Shown one piece after another: positions 8,956-15,296 of a stretch of 64,000 nt of DNA. The first letter of the stretch is position 1. The number at the start of each line of letters is the position of its first letter. Both the position numbers and the translations under genes were made by a program. Under the pieces are notes generated by a model, which worked only from the letters and a program-made list of their open reading frames with translations, was not told the DNA's origin and did not search any database. The DNA is taken from the IMG/VR virus record IMGVR_UViG_3300022188_000007, positions 1 to 64,000 of that record; one strand, written 5' to 3'. The stretch comes from a virus.

Positions 8956-9600
8956 ATGGGGATACATCATTTAGTCTCATTCTCGGGAGGTTTTGATAGT
9001 ACCTGCGCTGTTTTTTTGCAACTACAAGAAGGTAGCATGCCGGTACATATACACCATATTAATCTTATTAATAGGGAACGTAGAGATATAGCCGAACGAC
9101 TAGCTATTGTAGATATACTTGATTGGCTACGAGACAGCTATACTTTTACATACTCCGAATCTGTGTGTGATGTGAGGCAGGATTCGAAGAGATTTATGTC
9201 GTATGATTATAGATATTATCTACCTATACTGTGTGGTGTTGCATTGAACATGCCCTGTAAAAGAGTTGTACTCAATCTCGGCATTGTAGGATCAAGTGGT
9301 CCAGCGTACAAACCTGGTGGTATACCTTATGAGTTTATAAAAAATTGTTATTTTTTATATAGGAAAGAACACCTTATAAAATTAACGCCTGATATAATGT
9401 GCCCGACATTAGTAGGAAGCAAAAAAAAATTATTAACGTTAATACCACCCGAGTTAGCACGACTAACACATAGCTGCCGTATGCCTTACTTTAAAAATAC
9501 TAAATGGTTAAATTGTGGAAAATGTCGTACGTGCAAGGAAATGAAATTAACTAGAGGGTCGTTTAGAAATACTGACTTTGTTACTGCATTTTTAGAATAA
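8956..9600 (+). CDS. QueC-like (7-cyano-7-deazaguanine synthase-like) PP-loop ATPase
   Basis: FSGGFDST PP-loop; THSC..CGKCRTC zinc site. Confidence 0.7.
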   Translation: MGIHHLVSFSGGFDSTCAVFLQLQEGSMPVHIHHINLINRERRDIAERLAIVDILDWLRDSYTFTYSESVCDVRQDSKRFMSYDYRYYLPILCGVALNMPCKRVVLNLGIVGSSGPAYKPGGIPYEFIKNCYFLYRKEHLIKLTPDIMCPTLVGSKKKLLTLIPPELARLTHSCRMPYFKNTKWLNCGKCRTCKEMKLTRGSFRNTDFVTAFLE

Positions 9601-9635
9601 TTATTACTTTTAAAAAGTTTTCACACAACATAAAA

Positions 9636-9676
9636 TTGAGGCCTGTCATAAGTATTATTTATTCGACAGGCCTCAA
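9636..9676. terminator. Hairpin between convergent genes (bidirectional terminator)
   Basis: TTGAGGCCTGTC..GACAGGCCTCAA, perfect 12-bp stem. Confidence 0.75.
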
Positions 9677-9694
9677 ATTAGTGATCAAGTTTTA

Positions 9695-10204
9695 TTATCT
9701 AGGAATAGAGCTAGAATATACAGGTTGTTGGGGACGAGCTTTGAAATTAGGAAGTGTTGTACTGGGAGTATAACCTAAGCCCTCCTGCAAGCACTGTGAC
9801 TGTGGTATTTCATCTCGTTGGTCTTTAATACCATTAACAGCTGCTTGTGTTATCAATGACTTACTTATTCCGGCTTCTGTAGCACACATACATAATTGAT
9901 CTATGTCTATTTTTCTGTCTGCGGCGTATAGATTAACTAAAACCTCATACGGGTTGTACTTTAAATCTACTGACGTTTTCATGACCTCACAAGTGGGATA
10001 GTCTTTATTGGTAGCTAACAATGCTTTGTATGCAGTTTTAAGGATGTCTGAATCATCTTGCGTGTACCCTAGTCCATCAGATTTAGAATTAATTTGCTTA
10101 CCTTTAATTAAAGCTTTAATTAAAGCATCTTCGCCATCAAAGGCTAAAGCGGTAGAATAAGTACCTATAAGTAATACAATTAGTAATATTATTAATTTTT
10201 TCAT
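9695..10204 (-). CDS. Secreted hypothetical protein with duplicated GLGYT motif
   Basis: Sec signal peptide (MKKLIILLIVLLIGTYSTALA); GLGYTQ and GLGYTP; four Cys; start overlaps the stop of the upstream peptide gene. Confidence 0.7.
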   Translation of the reverse strand: MKKLIILLIVLLIGTYSTALAFDGEDALIKALIKGKQINSKSDGLGYTQDDSDILKTAYKALLATNKDYPTCEVMKTSVDLKYNPYEVLVNLYAADRKIDIDQLCMCATEAGISKSLITQAAVNGIKDQRDEIPQSQCLQEGLGYTPSTTLPNFKARPQQPVYSSSIPR

Positions 10205-10392
10205 ACTGAATGTGGTCTCCTTCCCAATATAACCTCTTTACATCTAGTAAGAAAACTAATACTTGGTAAATTGGGCCGCTCCCATGGGGGTTTAGGCTTC
10301 CAGTCTCCTGAATTGCATATAAATACTGTTTCTATAGGCCTCATTAGTTCTGATACTGCTTGGCACTTTGGTTTTATCCATGTTTTTTTCAT
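10201..10392 (-). CDS. Small peptide resembling RiPP precursor leaders (two W-x-[KR]-P motifs)
   Basis: MKKTWIKPK.. and ..PWERPNL..; GAGGAGG RBS; ATGA overlaps with both neighbours. Confidence 0.6.
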   Translation of the reverse strand: MKKTWIKPKCQAVSELMRPIETVFICNSGDWKPKPPWERPNLPSISFLTRCKEVILGRRPHSV

Positions 10393-11219
10393 AATAGATC
10401 CTCCTCTATTTTTTTAATAATATTTTTTGATAAATTAAAATATAATTCTCTATGTTTTACGTTTAGTGTATTAAATATCCTATTAGTATATTCTCTAGTT
10501 AACATTAAATAATCTACACTATGTTTATAGAAAGCTAGTTGAGCATTAGTTTTTTTTAATATAAATGGATCAACATGATGATTTAAATAATATACTCTAT
10601 CTACTACTGAGGTCACATTATTAGCTCTATTATAAGAACCATGGCACCAGTGTCCATACATTTTGTTTTTAAGGACTAGTGTTCTATCATCACATAGCAG
10701 AGTCCACCCCTCAACCTCTAGCATCCTTGTTAGTGTCGATTTACCTCTCCCAGAGTCACCTAATAAAATAATTCCTTTATTATTTTTGGTCAGTCCATTA
10801 CCATGCAATAATAGGCCCTCGTTCTTAACTAAATAGGGGTAAAACATTAATTGATCAGAATAAAATAGACATAAATTATTCATTAGGTTTTTATCGTAGT
10901 GTTGTTTCATATGTCTAGGTAACTGTATTATCCAATCAGTATGAGCTTCATTTACTATACCTTTTATTTTATAAGGTTTATAATAATAATGATATAAATT
11001 ATTTTTATCCTTTTGTATAAGCCAATACTTATTTTTAAAAACAATAGTTAACTTTTTAAATGGATTAGTTCGTAATTTAAATACATGTGTAATTTTAATG
11101 TTTGGCTTGGATTTTGCATATTTAAATTTTAATACATTTTCAGTAAACACTAATTCTGCAGGGGTAGGGGTAGTTACTTTGATAACACAATTACAAAATT
11201 TAAAATAGGTCTTATCCAT
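10389..11219 (-). CDS. HprK-related P-loop kinase
   Basis: LLLHGNG..GIILLGDSGRGKSTL..LLCDDR..YGHWCHG. Start probably ATG 11219, about 7 nt after the -10 box (possibly leaderless). Confidence 0.8.
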   Translation of the reverse strand: MDKTYFKFCNCVIKVTTPTPAELVFTENVLKFKYAKSKPNIKITHVFKLRTNPFKKLTIVFKNKYWLIQKDKNNLYHYYYKPYKIKGIVNEAHTDWIIQLPRHMKQHYDKNLMNNLCLFYSDQLMFYPYLVKNEGLLLHGNGLTKNNKGIILLGDSGRGKSTLTRMLEVEGWTLLCDDRTLVLKNKMYGHWCHGSYNRANNVTSVVDRVYYLNHHVDPFILKKTNAQLAFYKHSVDYLMLTREYTNRIFNTLNVKHRELYFNLSKNIIKKIEEDLL

Positions 11220-11226
11220 AACTAAT

Positions 11227-11254
11227 AATATATACATTAATTCATATTTGTCAA
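11227..11254 (-). promoter_or_regulatory. Sigma70-type promoter for the minus-strand cassette
   Basis: TTGACA-N16-TATATT on the minus strand. Confidence 0.7.
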
Positions 11255-11300
11255 TACACTTATTTCATTTACTGGAAATATAGATACTTTTTTATCCATT

Positions 11301-11323
11301 TAACTGACCTATTAACTAATAAG
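11301..11323 (+). promoter_or_regulatory. Phage-specific upstream motif, degenerate copy 3
   Basis: TAACTGACCT-atta..TAAG upstream of the PEP-CTERM gene. Confidence 0.45.
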
Positions 11324-11387
11324 AACTACTAAATACATAATAGAGATACTATGTACTAATAAATTAATATTTAAAAGGAGAATTATC

Positions 11388-12047
11388 ATGAACAAATTAC
11401 TTACATACATTAGCATGTTTTTATTAGTGCTATGTATAAGTACAACTACAAACGCTACGCCGACGTATGTCAACATAGGGGACCGCATTCAAGGAATCGA
11501 TTATAATCCTTTGACCAATGCGGGCGAATTTACTTTGTACGATATAGACACCGGTTATGAGTGGAAGTCTTTCTGTCTAGAAATCAATTCAGCGCTGCCA
11601 CAGCTTACTTATGTAGGAGGATTAAGTGACTCCGCTATACCAGGAGGGGCTGGAGGGGCGGCTTCAACAGGAGACCCTATATCAGATCTTACTGCCTGGT
11701 TATATATCTCATCTCAAACTAATTCGTTATTTGGGTATGATGGTTCTAATAAAGATGCGTATGATTTACAGAATTTAATTTGGTTTGAAGAAGAAGAATT
11801 AACATATGAGGCTACTTATATGGATATGGGTCAGGTTCTACAATGGAGGACTGATTTTGCCTTATCTAATTGGAAAAATGCTGGGGCAGTACAAGTAGTT
11901 AACTTATATACAGATTCGGCTTTTAAAATACATGCACAGGACCAATTAATACTTACACCTACGGTTCCGGAACCAACCACGTTAGTTCTTCTTGGGTGTG
12001 GGTTATTATTTATAGCTTCTTTATATAGAAAGAAAATATTAAATTGA
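11388..12047 (+). CDS. PEP-CTERM sorting domain-containing exported protein
   Basis: Signal peptide; GEF..SFCLE..TAWLY..LQNLIW.EEE..VVNL..AQDQL body; C-terminal VPEPTTLVLLGCGLLFIASLYRKK (VPEP + TM + basic tail). Confidence 0.92.
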   Translation: MNKLLTYISMFLLVLCISTTTNATPTYVNIGDRIQGIDYNPLTNAGEFTLYDIDTGYEWKSFCLEINSALPQLTYVGGLSDSAIPGGAGGAASTGDPISDLTAWLYISSQTNSLFGYDGSNKDAYDLQNLIWFEEEELTYEATYMDMGQVLQWRTDFALSNWKNAGAVQVVNLYTDSAFKIHAQDQLILTPTVPEPTTLVLLGCGLLFIASLYRKKILN

Positions 12048-12054
12048 CAATTTT

Positions 12055-12147
12055 TGTTAACTTAGCTGACAAAATACAGTAGATTTATTTAATATAGCTC
12101 TAAGACCTCCTTTAAACAAAGGCTTTCACGCTTGGCACAGTTATTGA
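12055..12147 (+). promoter_or_regulatory. Sigma54-type promoter with upstream enhancer-like palindrome
   Basis: TTGGCAC-N5-TTGA at 12132-12147 has correct -24/-12 spacing but GA instead of GC. TGT-N11-ACA at 12055-12071 lies within an imperfect palindrome. Confidence 0.55.
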
Positions 12148-12187
12148 ATAGTAAGAAAGCAGAATTTTAATTATAAAGGAGATATCA

Positions 12188-13279
12188 ATGCTTTTTAAAA
12201 AACTCAGTTTAATGGTTGTAGCACTTTTTGTTCTAACTTACGGAACGTCATTTGCATTAGAAATTAACATCACAGAAAATTTTAATGGTTATATTCTCAC
12301 TGGAGAGAATACTGTAGCTACAGAACTTATTCTGGAAGATACAATAATTAACACAACTACTGGAGAAAAAACTTATATAAAAGATCAACTTATAAGTAAT
12401 GACTCTACTGCTAAAGTGATAACCAAAACCTTAAAACTAGACACTTTACCTACAATTATGGAGTACGGTCCTTTGGGCGAAAGACAAGGGGTTTTCTATA
12501 CAGGCAAATCTATTGTTTTAACTAAAGGTATATCAGAGTGGTATCATTTTTCAGGGGTAATGTTCGATCTAGACGTGCCTTGTGATACCTTAGCTATGAC
12601 ATTTAGTTATCTAAATAATAAAAACTCCCAAACAGGTAAAGTTAAGATCATAATTCAAGAAGTGGACCCTAGTAATAATGTCATCTGGGAAAGTGTTTGG
12701 GGAATAACCGGTTATAAGACCTATATTGACGGGTGGGAGGACATGGATCTACCAGCTAGTAGATTCGAACCCAGACTAGCCGGCAGAACCTTTAATAGGG
12801 TATGGTTGATTGAGACTGAACTATACCTAGATATCACTAGCGGACAGAATTCAGGTGGTTATTTTGATAGTGTGTCAATAAAGGCTACTAGTATAATAGA
12901 AGAACTACCTCAAGAAGAGCCTATGGATAAAGACATAACACCTCCTGTAGAAGAACCTGAAATAGATCCTGAGCTTCTAACCGATGATGTAATAGACACT
13001 ATTTTAACTGATGATATAACTGTGTCTAATGAATTATTAGAATTACTAGCTATATCAGAGAATACTTGTCCTGCTAGTAACGGATGGAAGAATCATGGTA
13101 AATATGTTAAATGTGTTACTAAACTTAAAAAAGAACTCAAGGGTGATTTTAGTGCTCAATCTCTGAAAGATATGAAGAAAATAGCAGCTAAATCTAATAT
13201 AGGTAAACGAAGTATTAAAACAAATAAAAAAATTAAAAGATGTAGCAGAAAAAATATAAGGAAACAAATAAAAAATTAA
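12188..13279 (+). CDS. Secreted protein with acidic Pro-rich linker and C-terminal WKNHGKYV.CV domain
   Basis: Signal peptide; beta-rich body; CP..GWKNHGKYVKCV..AAKSNIGK tail of a kind seen in secreted bacterial proteins. Confidence 0.65.
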   Translation: MLFKKLSLMVVALFVLTYGTSFALEINITENFNGYILTGENTVATELILEDTIINTTTGEKTYIKDQLISNDSTAKVITKTLKLDTLPTIMEYGPLGERQGVFYTGKSIVLTKGISEWYHFSGVMFDLDVPCDTLAMTFSYLNNKNSQTGKVKIIIQEVDPSNNVIWESVWGITGYKTYIDGWEDMDLPASRFEPRLAGRTFNRVWLIETELYLDITSGQNSGGYFDSVSIKATSIIEELPQEEPMDKDITPPVEEPEIDPELLTDDVIDTILTDDITVSNELLELLAISENTCPASNGWKNHGKYVKCVTKLKKELKGDFSAQSLKDMKKIAAKSNIGKRSIKTNKKIKRCSRKNIRKQIKN

Positions 13280-13300
13280 TGTAGTATAAATATTAAACAT

Positions 13301-13339
13301 AAAAAATGCTAGTCTTTAATTAGGCTGGCGTTTTTTTTT
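13301..13339 (+). terminator. Rho-independent terminator
   Basis: AAAAAATGCTAGTCT..AGGCTGGCGTTTTTTTTT. Confidence 0.75.
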
Positions 13340-13345
13340 GTATTT

Positions 13346-13370
13346 TAAACTAACCTTATTATAGATGAAG
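13346..13370 (+). promoter_or_regulatory. Phage-specific upstream motif, copy 4
   Basis: TAAACTAACCT-tat-TATAG. Confidence 0.6.
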
Positions 13371-13468
13371 TAGTGTTTCTAACCAGACATGTGACTCAAT
13401 TCCCTACTTTATGAAAACCATTTCGCATTCATTTAGAGCCGTTAGACGCGTTGCTATATAATAATCCC

Positions 13469-13496
13469 TTGACAAATTAATTTTATGTACTATATT
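13469..13496 (+). promoter_or_regulatory. Sigma70-type promoter
   Basis: TTGACA-N16-TATATT. Confidence 0.7.
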
Positions 13497-13794
13497 ATAT
13501 TTATGACTAATTAGTAACGGAGGTATTATTTTGAAAGAAAGACCAAAGAGAAAAAGAATTAATGAAAAAAATGCACCTATTAAATATAACACTGATAGTG
13601 GGCGTGGTCCATGTAAGGAGTGTGGTTATACCATATTTATTAAAGAATACAGCATGGAGGTATGTAATAACTGTGGACAACGATATGATAGCCTCTAAAA
13701 AGAATAGTAGCGATCAATGGTATTGGTGCAAATATTGTTTAAATGTAGTAAAATTGGGACATAAATGTATAACTTTAAGAAAAAGGAAAAACTA

Positions 13795-14058
13795 ATGGAA
13801 AAAAGATCAACTACTGGAGTAACTGGAGTAGACGAAGAGGCAAATATAAAACGGACAGAATTCAATATGAATTTAAACGATACTTTAAGTTTCTCATCAG
13901 GCATTACCAATATGATTGTTATGCGAGTGCCTGGGGGATGGATTTATACCACTATACTAGATGCAGGAGTAGAGGGAGAAAAGTTTCCTCCCATTGCAAG
14001 TAGTGTATTCGTTCCTATGCATAAACCGGACATGGGGGACGGCTCAAAAAATGTATGA
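13795..14058 (+). CDS. Hypothetical protein with RVPGG motif
   Basis: MRVPGGWIY..SVFVP; paralogous motif in 2583-2876. Confidence 0.6.
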   Translation: MEKRSTTGVTGVDEEANIKRTEFNMNLNDTLSFSSGITNMIVMRVPGGWIYTTILDAGVEGEKFPPIASSVFVPMHKPDMGDGSKNV

Positions 14059-14470
14059 TATAATAGGAATAATAACACTAGCATCATTAGTAGTGTTACC
14101 AATAGTAGCACTTTTACTTCCTATCTTTTATTATAAGGACACTTACCACCCAAACAATAAAGGACCTAAGTGTGATATCTGTGGAGAATTTCTAAGTGAA
14201 CATTCTATGTCAGAATGTGAAATGTATTGTTAGGAGGTAAGTATGTCAATAGTATTAGAAATTATACAGTATAGTAGGTGTATTACTTTATATAACATTA
14301 AAATCTAGAAATAGATGTGTTTGGTGGTGGGATATTACCGACGATTGTTGGAAAACCCAATGTAGAAGAGACGCCCGTTTTATAGGCTATTCTAAGAAAG
14401 AAGCGTGGAGGTTACGAAATAAACCTTGCCCTTTCTGTAAGAAAACTACTATAATATAAAAGGAGAATTA

Positions 14471-14662
14471 ATGACAAAAATTATTCAACGTATAAAACAT
14501 GAACTAATGAAAAGAGGAGTAGGTACTGCCATTAGTTTAGAAGTTAAAGATTATTCAGAAGCCGGAGTAAGTATTTTATGTGACTGTTTACTTACACATG
14601 AAAATATAGAGGCAACTTACATAAAATTAAATGATTCGATAAAAATATTTTGTAGATATTAA
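14471..14662 (+). CDS. Hypothetical protein
   Basis: AAGGAG RBS. Confidence 0.55.
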   Translation: MTKIIQRIKHELMKRGVGTAISLEVKDYSEAGVSILCDCLLTHENIEATYIKLNDSIKIFCRY

Positions 14663-14677
14663 AAAAGAGGTACCACA

Positions 14678-14890
14678 ATGAAATATGAAATACTTAGGAA
14701 TAATAGGCAGGGTTCAGGGTATAGGGACTCAACACTAAGGTGCGCTAAATGTGATGGTATAAGTACTAGATATATAAAGATAAATAATAAAGATGAGTTA
14801 ATAGACCATCTACGTCCCATAATACTATGTTCTACGTGTTTATATAGCTTCATAGAAGAACTAAATGCATCAATACTGGAGGAAGTATGA
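14678..14890 (+). CDS. Hypothetical zinc-binding protein
   Basis: CAKC..LCSTC. Confidence 0.55.
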   Translation: MKYEILRNNRQGSGYRDSTLRCAKCDGISTRYIKINNKDELIDHLRPIILCSTCLYSFIEELNASILEEV

Positions 14891-15195
14891 TTAAATTAAT
14901 AATAATTATAAGTCTTCTGTGTAGTCTAACTACTTTAGCCATAGGTAAGAGCCCTTATACTCCTAACAACCAACTTACCATGCCTTCTAACTCATTAGAA
15001 GCCATAGATACTACCACGCTTAAACAAGAATTCAAGAAATTAAGTAAGCAAATGATAAAACTAGGCGAAAGGTTATGTAATAGTAACGATACACGCTCAT
15101 TACAATACACACAGGATTACTATGAGCTTCAAACACTAAAAAAACGACATTCTAAAATATGGGTAGAATTGCTTTTAAGAAATAGTAAAAGCTAG
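14887..15195 (+). CDS. Hypothetical exported protein
   Basis: N-terminal signal-like hydrophobic stretch followed by coiled coil. Confidence 0.5.
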   Translation: MIKLIIIISLLCSLTTLAIGKSPYTPNNQLTMPSNSLEAIDTTTLKQEFKKLSKQMIKLGERLCNSNDTRSLQYTQDYYELQTLKKRHSKIWVELLLRNSKS

Positions 15196-15214
15196 TATAT
15201 ATAAATTACTTTAA

Positions 15215-15268
15215 TAAACAAACCTCTTTATAATTAGATTAGTATTTCTAAATTATACTAGAGGTTTT
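15215..15268 (+). promoter_or_regulatory. Phage-specific upstream motif, copy 5, with downstream inverted half
   Basis: TAAACAAACCT-ctt-TATA..AGAGGTTT. Confidence 0.6.
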
Positions 15269-15296
15269 TTTGTGCTTCATCAAAAGGAAGGTGTGT

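Noticed and set aside
8956-9600. 7-deazaguanine DNA modification pathway
   Set aside because: No folE, queD, queE or dpdA in the window; a single divergent QueC-like gene is not enough.
8956-11219. Complete lasso-peptide gene cluster
   Set aside because: No RRE or transglutaminase-like leader peptidase is present, and the PP-loop enzyme is QueC-sized with a zinc site, not an asparagine-synthetase-like cyclase. Kept only as a partial RiPP-like hypothesis.
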